From assembly GCA_038883715.1 (NCBI GenBank), contig JAVZLS010000002.1, forward strand, positions 32,001-96,000: DNA of 64,000 nucleotides, written 5' to 3'. This stretch comes from Candidatus Bathyarchaeia archaeon. Lineage in GTDB: Archaea; Thermoproteota; Bathyarchaeia; Bathyarchaeales; Bathycorpusculaceae. Each line of letters starts with the position of its first letter. Position 1 is the stretch's first letter. The translations under genes and the position numbers were made by a program. Below the pieces are notes generated by a model that saw only the letters and a list, made by a program, of their open reading frames with translations, ran no database searches and had not been told where the DNA came from. Shown piece by piece: positions 8,754-18,940 of this stretch.

Positions 8754-11042
8754 TTAAGAAGACGCGAAACCAGCGGCGAAAGCTTGACCGAAGGATAAAC
8801 CGCCGTCACTAGGTGGGACTGCCTCATGAACAAGGAATTTTAAGCCAGCGGCCTCAATGGTTTCCCGCATAATTTTTACAAAAATTTCGTTGCAGGCAAC
8901 CCCGCCAGAAAAACCAACCGTTTTCACGCCATTTTCTAGGGCTTTTTCTATGGCTAGTTCCGCCAAGCCCTTGGCTAGGTAAGCGTGGGCTGAAAAAGCC
9001 AAATCCTGTATGGCGTGTCTTTCTCTGTTTTCAAATATCTCCAATAGCAGTTCGGTGGTGTTTAGGATGCCACCCCCAATTATCTGCCTCAGTTTTAGCG
9101 TGTCTTTTCCCTTCATGGCTGTTGATTCAAGTTTCATGGCCGGCTCGCCCTCATATGTTCGCTCAAAGCACACGCCCAAAACAGCTGCAACGGCATCCAA
9201 AATTCTCCCACAACTTGTCGTTTTAACTGTGCCGTGTTCCCTTTTCAACTGCTGAAGAATTATTTGAACCTCTTCTTTGCCGTGAGGAAAATGCCTTTCA
9301 TTCCGCATGAGCCAGTCTTCCACATCCACCTTTTTGTATAGAATCCCAGCAGCCATTCTAAGCGGGTAGCGGGTGGCTAAATCTGCGCCAAGCATGGGCT
9401 GTTTTTCAAGATGGGCTAACCGCTTGAATTCCATTGAATCTTTTAAGCCCAGTATTATTTCACCTCCCCATGCCTCACCGTCAACGCCATATCCATAGCC
9501 ATCACAGCAGACGCCCACAATTTCGGATACGCCGTGCTCAGCCATTAAGGCTGCAACATGTGCATAGTGGTGTTGGATTTGGAAAAACTGCCAGCCGTTC
9601 TCCTCAGCCAAGTCTTGCGCAAGTTTTGTTGTTGTAAATTTTGGATGTAAATCGCATGCAATGACATCCACCTTACTGTTTGTTAAACGGATTAGATGTT
9701 TGGCAGCACTTTCCAAGAAATCCCGCGTTTCTATGTTTTCCACATCGCCGATATGCTGGGATATGAAGGCTTTGTTGCCGAGCAAAACACAGGCGGTATT
9801 GTTAAGCTCACCGCCCAAGGCTAATACGCATTTTTCGGATTTTTCCCTCAAAATCACAGGGGCTGGTGCATAACCCCTTGAACGCCTAATAAAAACCAGT
9901 TTTCCATTGTGCGCTCGCATAACTGAGTCGTCGCATCTGTGGGCTATCCGCCTATTATGAAAAAGGAAGTAGTCAACAATGTCGCCTAGCGTTTTTAGGG
10001 CCTCATCATCGTCTTTAACTATGGGCTGATTTGGCGGGTTGGCACTTGTCATAACAAAGGCTGGTTCGTCTACACTGTCAAACAGCATATAATGCAACCC
10101 TGTGTAGGGAAGCATGACGCCAACATTATGCAAGCCGGGAGCAATCAAATCTGAAAGGTAGTATTTGCTGCTCTTTTTCAAAAGCACTATTGGACGCGTA
10201 TATGAAGTTAAAAGCTCTGCTTCTTTTGGGCTTACTTCGGCAAAGGAACGCACAACTTCAAGGTTTGGCGCCATAATGGCGAAGGGCTTCTGCCTTCTAT
10301 GCTTTGCCTTTCGAAGCCTTATTAAGGGCTCATCCTTCGTTGTTGCAGCCGCCACATGAAAGCCGCCATACCCTTTGATGGCAACAATAAAGCCTTCAGC
10401 AAGCAGTTTGCCCGCCTCCCTTATTGGGTCGTCGGTGGCGACTAGCTCGCCTCTGCTTGTAGTTAAGTAAACTTTTGGACCACACTTTGGGCAAGCCACA
10501 GTCTGCGCGTGGAAACGTCTATTCAACGGGTCTTTGCACTCTTTTTGACAGAAGCCGCACATGGGAAAATCCCGCATGGTTGTGTTTCCTCTGTCATAGG
10601 GAAGCCGCTCAATAATCGTGTATCTTGGACCACAGTCCGTACACGTTATAAAAAAATAGTCATATCTCGGATTGCTTCTCTCCCTCAATTCTTTTAGGCA
10701 CTCATTACATATGGCTACGTCCGGCGGGATAACAGAGCCCGAAAGCTCGGATTCTTCAGAGCTTTTCTCGATTGTAAAGCTTGTATACTGGTTTTCACCT
10801 TCAAGTTTTAATGTTATAATTTCGTGAATATGTGCCAATGGCGGCTTCTTTTCCCTCAAATCCCTTAAGAAACTGTTTATGGCATTTTCTTCGCCTTCCA
10901 AAAGAATTTCAACGCCTGCATCACCCATGTTTCTAACATAGCCTTTCAAGCCGTTTTTCACGGCTATGCGGTACACGAAGGGGCGGAATCCAACCCCTTG
11001 AATTATGCCGGTAACCCTAACTTTTACTCGCACATCGTCCAT
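8754..11042 (-). CDS. hypF: Carbamoyltransferase HypF
   Basis: Acylphosphatase domain QGVGFRPF, two Zn fingers (CTDCGPR, CPKCGP), MTSAN, QHHYAH, SDGGLSFGQ. Confidence 0.97.
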   Translation of the reverse strand: MDDVRVKVRVTGIIQGVGFRPFVYRIAVKNGLKGYVRNMGDAGVEILLEGEENAINSFLRDLREKKPPLAHIHEIITLKLEGENQYTSFTIEKSSEESELSGSVIPPDVAICNECLKELRERSNPRYDYFFITCTDCGPRYTIIERLPYDRGNTTMRDFPMCGFCQKECKDPLNRRFHAQTVACPKCGPKVYLTTSRGELVATDDPIREAGKLLAEGFIVAIKGYGGFHVAAATTKDEPLIRLRKAKHRRQKPFAIMAPNLEVVRSFAEVSPKEAELLTSYTRPIVLLKKSSKYYLSDLIAPGLHNVGVMLPYTGLHYMLFDSVDEPAFVMTSANPPNQPIVKDDDEALKTLGDIVDYFLFHNRRIAHRCDDSVMRAHNGKLVFIRRSRGYAPAPVILREKSEKCVLALGGELNNTACVLLGNKAFISQHIGDVENIETRDFLESAAKHLIRLTNSKVDVIACDLHPKFTTTKLAQDLAEENGWQFFQIQHHYAHVAALMAEHGVSEIVGVCCDGYGYGVDGEAWGGEIILGLKDSMEFKRLAHLEKQPMLGADLATRYPLRMAAGILYKKVDVEDWLMRNERHFPHGKEEVQIILQQLKREHGTVKTTSCGRILDAVAAVLGVCFERTYEGEPAMKLESTAMKGKDTLKLRQIIGGGILNTTELLLEIFENRERHAIQDLAFSAHAYLAKGLAELAIEKALENGVKTVGFSGGVACNEIFVKIMRETIEAAGLKFLVHEAVPPSDGGLSFGQAFAAGFASS

Positions 11043-11083
11043 CTCTTGAAGTTTATTAACATTTAAGACGCTGGTTTAAAGTT

Positions 11084-11827
11084 TCACCCTTCAGACTCCT
11101 TCCACAAATAGTTGAAATAGTCTTTTGCCAGTGCCGCCAAGCCAGGATGGTCTGACCATATAGCGCTTATTTCGCCTCTTTCATCACTGAAGAGCAGCAG
11201 AACCTCGCTGCAGTCGGATATGGCGCCGCCGCCAAACATTTTTGTTCGGCATCGAACCTCGCCGATTTTTGAAAGCATCCTATATACATTTTCGTTTAGC
11301 CCCTTTAGCATCATGAAGCGAACCTGCACCTTTTCTTCGATAAAAGAATGAAGCAACTGGTAAAAATCCATTAAAAACTCTTCCTTGACAAATGGCAAGG
11401 CTATGAGCATTTCCTGCCTACACTTTTTTGCCATTTCCTTAAACTTTGAAAATATGTTCAGCGCGCCTCTCAGAATCCAAACGTCATATTTCTCCTTTGT
11501 TTTAAGCTTCTCGTAAATAGGGAGTAGCTCATCAGTTATTGTTTTCTCGATTTGCAACCACTCATTTTCAAAGGCTACCTTCGCCGCTTTCAGGGCTGTT
11601 TCAGGCGATTTTGGAAAATACCTACTCGGTCTTTTTCTTTCCGATTCTATCCAGCCCTTCCTTTCTAAGCTGTTTAGGACTTGGTAAACTTTGGAGTAGG
11701 GTATCTGCGCCCCGTAGCTTATTTGTTTGGCTGTTAACGCGCCTTTCTCTAGAAGAAGCAAGTATGCGTCTGCCTCGTAGTCTGTTAATCCAACTTTTCT
11801 GAGTGGTGCCTTTGTTTTCTCGCTCAT
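11084..11827 (-). CDS. TrmB family transcriptional regulator
   Basis: GLTDYEADAY...IPYSKVYQVLNSLERKGW wHTH plus C-terminal effector domain. Confidence 0.9.
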   Translation of the reverse strand: MSEKTKAPLRKVGLTDYEADAYLLLLEKGALTAKQISYGAQIPYSKVYQVLNSLERKGWIESERKRPSRYFPKSPETALKAAKVAFENEWLQIEKTITDELLPIYEKLKTKEKYDVWILRGALNIFSKFKEMAKKCRQEMLIALPFVKEEFLMDFYQLLHSFIEEKVQVRFMMLKGLNENVYRMLSKIGEVRCRTKMFGGGAISDCSEVLLLFSDERGEISAIWSDHPGLAALAKDYFNYLWKESEG

Positions 11828-11851
11828 GGTTTAGAGTAATACTTTTCACCC

Positions 11852-11876
11852 TATTAAAATTATGGAAATTTTAATA
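11852..11876. promoter_or_regulatory. Perfect 10-bp inverted repeat forming back-to-back TATA boxes (trmB / tes)
   Basis: TATTAAAATT-ATGGA-AATTTTAATA. Each arm gives a TTTAATA box about 25-35 nt upstream of the divergent starts at 11827 and 11907. Confidence 0.65.
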
Positions 11877-11906
11877 TAACCACAAGCCAAGACCATAAAC
11901 CATAAC

Positions 11907-13457
11907 ATGGCGATGGAAATGTCAAAACTGCAACAGCGAGAAGAAGAGGTAAAGTTTGAATCTTATTCAACGAGCCTATGCCCAGAGTGTCTAAACAAGG
12001 TTCCCATGAGAATTTATGAGGAAAATGGCGTAATCTATCTTGAGAAGACCTGCCCCGAGCATGGAAAGTTTGAAGATGTCTACTGGGGAGACGCTGAACT
12101 TTTCAAGTGGATTTACAAGGAATGGTATAACGCCAAATATCTTGGAAACGGTTTAGAAAACCCCCACACAAAAATTGTTAAGGGATGCCCCTACGACTGC
12201 GGCTTATGCACACAACACAAATCCTACACGGTTCTGGGTATAATAGACGTCACAAACCGCTGCAACATGGCTTGTCCAGTCTGTTTCGCTTATGCCGGCG
12301 CGGTCAACTATGTTTATGAACCAACGTACCAGCAGATTGTGGACATGATTAAGCTGCTTAGAAACAACAAACCTTGGGCGTGTAATGCCCTCCAGTTCAG
12401 CGGAGGTGAACCAACCATAAGAAATGATTTACCACAGCTTATCGCGGAAGCTAAAAAGGCTGGGGTAGAGCATGTGGAGGTGAACACCAACGGCTTACGC
12501 CTCGCAGAGGACATAGATTACTTCAAAAAGCTTTTAGATGCTGGCATGAGCACACTTTACCTCCAGTTTGACGGTTTAAGGGAAGAAATCTACAAGAAAA
12601 CAAGAGGAAGAACAGACCTCGTTCAAATCAAGCATAAGGTTTTGGAAAATGCCAGAAAAATAGGCTTAGACTCAATAGTTTTGGTCGTCACTCTTGCAAG
12701 AGGCGTAAACGACAAAGACCTCGGCAGCATAATACGCTATGCTGTTGAAAATCACGATGTTGTAAGATGCATTAACATTCAGCCAATTTCCATGGCTGGA
12801 AGAGCCCGCAAAGACGAAATGCGAAAAATGCGCATAACAGTGCCAGACACCATCAAACTGATAGAGGAACAGACAAACGGAATTATCACACGTTGGGATT
12901 GGCGCCCAGTCAACTGGCCCGTCCCAATCTCCAAAGGCATGGGTGTTGTGAAAAATAGAGTTTATCCAGAGTTTACTATGCATCCCATGTGTGGGGCAGC
13001 AACATTCATTGTCGTTGAAAAAGATGGCTCCTACAAGCCTATTACGCAGTATGTGGACGTTGACCGCTTCGCCGAAATTTTCTGGAACATTTATTATTCT
13101 GGCGTTAAGGGCAAAAAGACAATGGCGAAAATGAAAATGTTGGAACTACTGCCCTTAGTGAAGTCGCCACTTGTCAGAGGCTTGCTTAAAGATGTTATAA
13201 CTAAGGGAAGTTATGAAGCACTTGGAAGATTCATGCGTAAAATAATAATGATTGGAATAATGCACTTCATGGACGTCTGGAACTTTGACCTAGACCGTGT
13301 TCAAAGATGTGTCATACACTATGCAACCCCTGACGGCAAGGTTAGACCCTTCTGCACATACAACAGCATACATAGGGATAGTGTGGAAAAACAGTTCGCC
13401 ATCTCTGTCAGCGAGTGGACTGAAAAGTTTGGTAAGAAATTAAGCGAGCCAGTTTAG
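11907..13457 (+). CDS. tes: Radical SAM tetraether lipid synthase homologue (Tes/GDGT-MAS, MJ0619 family)
   Basis: SLCPEC...CPEHG, CPYDCGLCTQH auxiliary cluster, CNMACPVC radical SAM motif, HPMCG, MHFMD...RCVIHYATPDG...PFC. Confidence 0.85.
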   Translation: MAMEMSKLQQREEEVKFESYSTSLCPECLNKVPMRIYEENGVIYLEKTCPEHGKFEDVYWGDAELFKWIYKEWYNAKYLGNGLENPHTKIVKGCPYDCGLCTQHKSYTVLGIIDVTNRCNMACPVCFAYAGAVNYVYEPTYQQIVDMIKLLRNNKPWACNALQFSGGEPTIRNDLPQLIAEAKKAGVEHVEVNTNGLRLAEDIDYFKKLLDAGMSTLYLQFDGLREEIYKKTRGRTDLVQIKHKVLENARKIGLDSIVLVVTLARGVNDKDLGSIIRYAVENHDVVRCINIQPISMAGRARKDEMRKMRITVPDTIKLIEEQTNGIITRWDWRPVNWPVPISKGMGVVKNRVYPEFTMHPMCGAATFIVVEKDGSYKPITQYVDVDRFAEIFWNIYYSGVKGKKTMAKMKMLELLPLVKSPLVRGLLKDVITKGSYEALGRFMRKIIMIGIMHFMDVWNFDLDRVQRCVIHYATPDGKVRPFCTYNSIHRDSVEKQFAISVSEWTEKFGKKLSEPV

Positions 13458-13484
13458 ATAAACGCCAAAAAGAAAAAGGGAAGG

Positions 13485-15215
13485 CTAGGTTTTAGCAGCC
13501 AGTTTTTTAAGCTCCTCTTCTCGCAAGACCCTTCGGAGAACCTTGCCAACAGCGCTTAACGGAAGTTCTTTACGAATTTCCAACTCTCTAATCGCTTTGT
13601 AGGGTGCAACCTTCTCGTTCACAAATTTCATTAGCTCCTCTTCGGTAGCGGCCATTCCATCTTTTAGCACAACGAAGGCTTTTGGAATTTCACCAGCAAC
13701 TGGGTCTGGTTTACCGATTACTCCGCAGAGTTTCACGGCTGGATGCTCATATAAGACATCTTCAAGTTCTCTTGGATAGACGCTGTAGCCCTTATACTTG
13801 ATCAAGTCTTTCTTCCGGTCTGTTATATAGAAGTAGCCATCCTCGTCCATTTTTCCAATGTCTCCAGTGTAAAGCCAACCGTTTCTCAAGACTTCGGCTG
13901 TTTCCTCCGGCATTTTCCAGTAACCCTTCATCACTTGGGGACCCTTAACTATCAGTTCACCGATTTCTCCCGGTGGGAGCTCTTTTTCACCCGTTTCTAT
14001 GTCAACTATTTTCGCGTCAGTGTCAGGCCACGGTATCCCTATTGAGCCTATCTTAACAGTTTTCATGGTCTTGTCAAGAGGATTAGCATGTGTTACGGGC
14101 GATGACTCTGTAAGCCCATAACCCTCAACCAAAACGCCGCCGGTAACCTCCATAAACTTCTTCTGAACTTCCGGTGGAAGTGGGGCCGCACCGGATACGC
14201 AGAATTTTATTGATGTGAGGTCGTATTTTTTGAGGTCTGGATGGGCTATGAGCATGGCATACATTGTCGGCGCGCCACAGAACACTGTCACCCGGTATTT
14301 GTGGATGGCTTCTAGGACGGCTACAGGGTCGAAGCGGGGCAACATAACCATTGTCCCGGCGAAGAATATTGGGGCGTTCATACTTGTTGTCATGCCGTAA
14401 ATGTGGAATAACGGAAGCACCGTCAAAACGACTTCTTCGCCCTCATTGGCTTGCAGCCACTCTTTGCACATAAGAGCGTTTGAAACAAGATTCATGTGGG
14501 TGAGCATAGCTCCTTTAGAGATACCAGTGGTTCCGCCTGTGTATTGAAGGGCGGCCAAATCCTCCCTCGGGTTTATTTCAACTTTTGGCGGTTTAGCCTC
14601 GTATTTCGCCATCAGCTCCGTAAAGAAGTAAACGTTGGCTCTGCGTTCTACCTTTCGGGATGGAATCTTTTTCAGCAGGGAACCTAAAACAGCTTTGAAG
14701 GTTGGCATGTAATCCTTTAGGCCTGCCACTATAACGTTTCGAAGCTTTGTCTTCTCCCAAACCTTCTCCACAATTGGGTAAAGCATGTCAAGAACAACTA
14801 TTGTTTCGGCTTCGGAATCGTTTAGCTGGTGTTCAACCTCCCGCTCCCTATAAAGCGGGCTTATCGCGGTGACAATTGCTCCAGCCTTCAAAGCACCATA
14901 ATATGAAATTACGAACTGTGGAATATTTGGAAAATATATGGCAACCTTGTCTCCCTTTTTCACACCTAAATCAACTAAAGCTGTTGCAAACTTGTCAGAA
15001 AGTAAATCCAGCTCCTTATAGGTCATTTTTCTGTCAAAGTAGATTATCGCAGTTTTATCCGGGTACTTTTTGGCGGAATCCCTTAAAAACTCGAAAAGGG
15101 GAACCTCAGGGTAGTCTATGTGTTTTCTAACACCTGGAGGCCAAAACTTGTACCATGGTTTTTCCGGCTTTTCAATTTTCTCCTCTTCAACCTTCTTTTT
15201 CCTTTTAGTTGGCAT
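13485..15215 (-). CDS. fadD: Long-chain fatty acid--CoA ligase
   Basis: YTGGTTGISKG, EGYGLTES, WLYTGDIG, SAVGKVLRR. Confidence 0.93.
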   Translation of the reverse strand: MPTKRKKKVEEEKIEKPEKPWYKFWPPGVRKHIDYPEVPLFEFLRDSAKKYPDKTAIIYFDRKMTYKELDLLSDKFATALVDLGVKKGDKVAIYFPNIPQFVISYYGALKAGAIVTAISPLYREREVEHQLNDSEAETIVVLDMLYPIVEKVWEKTKLRNVIVAGLKDYMPTFKAVLGSLLKKIPSRKVERRANVYFFTELMAKYEAKPPKVEINPREDLAALQYTGGTTGISKGAMLTHMNLVSNALMCKEWLQANEGEEVVLTVLPLFHIYGMTTSMNAPIFFAGTMVMLPRFDPVAVLEAIHKYRVTVFCGAPTMYAMLIAHPDLKKYDLTSIKFCVSGAAPLPPEVQKKFMEVTGGVLVEGYGLTESSPVTHANPLDKTMKTVKIGSIGIPWPDTDAKIVDIETGEKELPPGEIGELIVKGPQVMKGYWKMPEETAEVLRNGWLYTGDIGKMDEDGYFYITDRKKDLIKYKGYSVYPRELEDVLYEHPAVKLCGVIGKPDPVAGEIPKAFVVLKDGMAATEEELMKFVNEKVAPYKAIRELEIRKELPLSAVGKVLRRVLREEELKKLAAKT

Positions 15216-15270
15216 ATCAAACCCTATTAAAGATATTTTCGGTTTTTGAAGTAATAATACTTTCCATGTT

Positions 15271-15702
15271 TTACTCTGGCCGAGTGAACTCGTAGGTTGG
15301 ATGCCCTTCAGAGGTTAGCTTTGCCACAAGTTTAGCTTTCATCCCCACTTTAACTTCTGAAAGCTTGAATCCCGTAAGCCATGCAAGCACCCTAACGCCT
15401 TCCTTAAGTCTGCCGATGGCTACGGTGTAGGGTTTTTCATGCTGGAAGGTTGTTGGCCTAACAACCACATGCGTGAAGGTCTCTATTGTTGCTTCATTGC
15501 TGAGTTCAACCCACTCCATGTCAGAGGTTAAGCAGTTTGAGCAGTCAGCAACTGGCGGGAAATACAGCTTTCCACATTTTTTGCATTTTGTAGCTAAGAT
15601 TTTCCCCTGTTTAAGACCTTCCCAAAACTGAAGAGTCTTGCTTATGGGAATATCCTGTACTATTTTTACCTCTCTCGATTTTATGGAGGGCATAGCTGCC
15701 AT
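15271..15702 (-). CDS. DUF35 Zn-ribbon/OB-fold acyl-CoA-binding protein
   Basis: FWEGL, CKKCG...PP..DCSNC, OB fold; next to the thiolase. Confidence 0.92.
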   Translation of the reverse strand: MAAMPSIKSREVKIVQDIPISKTLQFWEGLKQGKILATKCKKCGKLYFPPVADCSNCLTSDMEWVELSNEATIETFTHVVVRPTTFQHEKPYTVAIGRLKEGVRVLAWLTGFKLSEVKVGMKAKLVAKLTSEGHPTYEFTRPE

Positions 15703-15706
15703 TTTC

Positions 15707-16879
15707 TCATCTCCTTAAAATTGTCACGTAACAATAGTGTCCAGTTCCGCCCACGTTATGGGCTAAGGCTATGTAATTTTTCATCGGGACCTGTCTACTC
15801 TTTTCAAAAGCTTCCTCTCTCAGTTGTTTTGTCAATTCGTATATCATTGAGCATCCCGTTGTGCCAATCGGGTGCCCCTTCGCCTTTAAGCCTCCGTCGA
15901 CGTTCACTGGGATTTTTCCGCCAATTTCTGTTTGTCCTTCTCTGATTAGTTTGGCGCCTTCGCCTTTTTTGCAGAAGCCTAAATCCTCATACGCCATTAT
16001 TTCGGCTATGGTGAAGCAGTCGTGTACCACTGCAACGTCAATCTGGTCTGGCGTCGCATTTGCCATTTTGTAGGCTTTTTGGGCTGCCGTCACACTGGCT
16101 TCCAATCCAACATAGTCAAGCCTTTTGCTCATGTTGGCTGTTCCAGAGGCATACCCGATACCCGCAACCCAAACTGGCGTGTCAACTTTAAGCTCTTTAA
16201 CCTTTTCTTCGGAAGCTAGGATTATTGAGGCGGCTCCATCAGTCACAGGACAGCAGTCGAAGAGTTTTAGGGGTGCGGCAATAACCATTGAAGATAAAAC
16301 GTCGTCAACTGTTATTCTGTTTTGGAGATGGGCTATCGGATTCATGGAGGCATACTTGTGGTTTTTAACGGCAACAAGCGCCAAATCCTCCTCTGTTGTG
16401 CCAAATCTCGCCATGTGAGCAGTTGCATATAAAGCATAATAAGCTGGAAAGGTTAAGCCGAAGTTGTGGAACTCCCATAGGTAGTATCCAGCCCGCCCAA
16501 TCCACTCCATCATCGTCGGAGTGTCAATTTCCCGCATCTTTTCAACACCCAAAGCCGCCGCAATCTCGACTTGCCCGCTTGCCACAGCCCAGTAAGCTGT
16601 TGCGAAGGCAGCACTTCCACTTGCGCAGGCGGCTTCACAGCGCACAAGCCCAGCCCCGGTTAAGCCACAATATTCGGCTGAAACAACGGCTGGGAGAAGC
16701 TCCTCATACCATGCTCCGGCGCCGGTTGAGCCAACAGCGACAAACTCTATGTTTTTTGGTGTTATCCCAGCATCCTCGATCGAGGGCTTAAAAGCTTCAA
16801 AGGTAAGCTCCGCCACATTCACATCGTTTCTAACACCAAACTTGGAGCTCCCAACTCCAATTATTGCGACTTTCCTCAT
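15707..16879 (-). CDS. Thiolase (SCP2-like, acetyl-CoA acetyltransferase)
   Basis: EAACASG catalytic Cys, HDCF, KGHPIGTTG, HNVGG. Confidence 0.94.
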   Translation of the reverse strand: MRKVAIIGVGSSKFGVRNDVNVAELTFEAFKPSIEDAGITPKNIEFVAVGSTGAGAWYEELLPAVVSAEYCGLTGAGLVRCEAACASGSAAFATAYWAVASGQVEIAAALGVEKMREIDTPTMMEWIGRAGYYLWEFHNFGLTFPAYYALYATAHMARFGTTEEDLALVAVKNHKYASMNPIAHLQNRITVDDVLSSMVIAAPLKLFDCCPVTDGAASIILASEEKVKELKVDTPVWVAGIGYASGTANMSKRLDYVGLEASVTAAQKAYKMANATPDQIDVAVVHDCFTIAEIMAYEDLGFCKKGEGAKLIREGQTEIGGKIPVNVDGGLKAKGHPIGTTGCSMIYELTKQLREEAFEKSRQVPMKNYIALAHNVGGTGHYCYVTILRR

Positions 16880-16945
16880 TTGACCACTCTTCTATCGGGC
16901 TTCAAATTTTGGAACAATTAAAAATGTGGGAAATGGTGGGGATGC

Positions 16946-17734
16946 TTACTTTCCTTTGAATTCGGCTTTCCGCCTTGACATGAAGGCTTCTACGCCTTCT
17001 TTCAGGTCTTCTGTTGAGAAGGTTAGACCCATAAGGGCTGATTCTATGCGTAAGCCCGCATCCAAAGGCACTTGCGTTCCAAAGTTTATGGCGAATTTCG
17101 CATACTTCAAAGCGATTGGCGGTCCCTCGCTCAGTTTTTTAGCTAGCTCACGAACTTCGTCCCTAAGTTTCTCGTAATGCACAACCTTGTGGACCAAGCC
17201 AATTTTTAGGGCTTCTTCAGCCTTAAGCCTTGTTCCAAGCATGACCATTTCTTTAGCCTTTGCCAAGCCGACAATCCTAACAAGCCTCTGGGTCCCGCCC
17301 CAACCTGGGATAAGCCCCAAGTTTACTTCTGGGCTTCCTAGTTCGGCGTGTTCGGCGGCTATCCTGAAGTCACATGCCAATGCCAGTTCTAAGCCTCCGC
17401 CAAGGGCGAAGCCATTAATTGCCGCTATAACTGGTTTTGACATTTCCTCAATTTTACTGAAAACCTTCTGCCCTAGCCTAGAAAACTCCTCAGCCTTAAC
17501 GGGTGTTGCCTTTGGAAACATTGTCACGTCTGCGCCAGCGCTAAAGGATCTGTCGCCTTCTCCGGTTATTACAACGCACCTAACGGAGGGGTCTCTGTCG
17601 GCTGTATCTAGGGCGTCTGCAAGCTCCTCCATCAAAACGTCATTGAAAGCGTTCAGCCTATGCGGCCTGTTTAGGATTATCCATAGAACGCTGTCTTCCC
17701 TCTCAATTTTTAGGGTTTCGTATGCTTTGCTCAT
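16946..17734 (-). CDS. Enoyl-CoA hydratase (crotonase)
   Basis: FSAGAD, GFALGGGLELALACD, PEVNLGLIPGWGGTQRL. Confidence 0.95.
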   Translation of the reverse strand: MSKAYETLKIEREDSVLWIILNRPHRLNAFNDVLMEELADALDTADRDPSVRCVVITGEGDRSFSAGADVTMFPKATPVKAEEFSRLGQKVFSKIEEMSKPVIAAINGFALGGGLELALACDFRIAAEHAELGSPEVNLGLIPGWGGTQRLVRIVGLAKAKEMVMLGTRLKAEEALKIGLVHKVVHYEKLRDEVRELAKKLSEGPPIALKYAKFAINFGTQVPLDAGLRIESALMGLTFSTEDLKEGVEAFMSRRKAEFKGK

Positions 17735-17785
17735 GTTTTCACCAAACCATGTTTTATGGAATAGCCTATATTACTTTTGGGAGAT

Positions 17786-18940
17786 TTAGAACTTTCTTAG
17801 GAGATACTTGAGCACAGTCAGTTTCTGAATCTCGCTGGTGCCCTCGTAAATCTCGGTTATTTTTGCGTCTCTGTGGTATCTTTCAACACGGTATTCGCCC
17901 AGATAGCCATAACCGCCCAATGTTTGAATGGCGAAGTCTGTAGCTTCCATCGCTACACGGCTTGCGTACTGTTTTGCCATGGCTGTTGCCATCGGGTCCA
18001 TTTTTCCAACATCTATGAGCCAAGCAGCCTTGTAGGTTAGGAGTCTTGCAGCCTCTATTTTTGTGGCTAACTCCGCCAAGGTGCAGCCTATGGCTTCATG
18101 CTGGATTATGGGCTGTCCGAAGGCTTCCCTCTGCTTTGAATATTTGAAGGCTATTTCCCATGCGCCTTGGGCCATGCCTACGGCTTGGGCTGCCACACCA
18201 ACCCGTGTTTTGTCGAAGAACTCCATTGAGTGGTAGAAGCCTCTGTTAAGCTCGCCTACAATATGCCAGTCGGAAACCTTAACATTGTCAAAGCGCACTT
18301 CGCCAGTTTCAGAACACCTAATCCCCATCTTATTATGAAGCTTTGTTACCTCTAGTCCCGGTGTTCCCTTATCAACGACAAAAAGGGTTTCGCCTCTATA
18401 GGTTGGTCTAACCTTCGTATCTGTTTGTGTCAGCACTACTATGAAGTCAGCTATTGTGGCATTTGTTATGAAGGTTTTTGTGCCGTTAATCCACCATTCA
18501 TTCCCGTATTTTGTGGCTGTTGTCTCCATGCGGGTTATGTCGCTTCCGCTTACGTTCGGCTCTGTGAAAGCTGCCGCTGACGTAAAATCACCTCTGCAAA
18601 TCGGCGGCAGATATTTCTCCTTCTGCTCTTTCGTGCCATATGCCAATATTAATTCGCTGCCAAAGTTTCCGCTTGAAATAGCCACGCCTAGCGACGAGTC
18701 AGCTCTGCACATTTCCTCGATTACAAGACATGTTTCCAGAAGCCCGTATCCTTGTCCGCCATACTCTTGTGGGAAGAACATGCTTGTGAAACCCAGCTTT
18801 GCCGCTTTTTTGTAAAGCTCCATTGGAAACTCTTCTTTGCGGTCAAGCTCCAAGGCTAGTTCTGGCTTGAACTCCTTTTCGCAGAACCCCCTCACAGCAT
18901 TTTTTATTCCAATCTGCTCTTCTGTTAATTCAAACTTCAC
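17786..18940 (-). CDS. Acyl-CoA dehydrogenase
   Basis: FTEPNVSGSD, INGTKTFITN, GGYGY, IYEGTSEIQ. Confidence 0.96.
   Translation of the reverse strand: MKFELTEEQIGIKNAVRGFCEKEFKPELALELDRKEEFPMELYKKAAKLGFTSMFFPQEYGGQGYGLLETCLVIEEMCRADSSLGVAISSGNFGSELILAYGTKEQKEKYLPPICRGDFTSAAAFTEPNVSGSDITRMETTATKYGNEWWINGTKTFITNATIADFIVVLTQTDTKVRPTYRGETLFVVDKGTPGLEVTKLHNKMGIRCSETGEVRFDNVKVSDWHIVGELNRGFYHSMEFFDKTRVGVAAQAVGMAQGAWEIAFKYSKQREAFGQPIIQHEAIGCTLAELATKIEAARLLTYKAAWLIDVGKMDPMATAMAKQYASRVAMEATDFAIQTLGGYGYLGEYRVERYHRDAKITEIYEGTSEIQKLTVLKYLLRKF

Noticed and set aside
4031-11042. A hydrogenase operon
   Set aside because: Only hypE, hypD, hypC and hypF are present; there are no structural subunits, hypA or hypB in the window.
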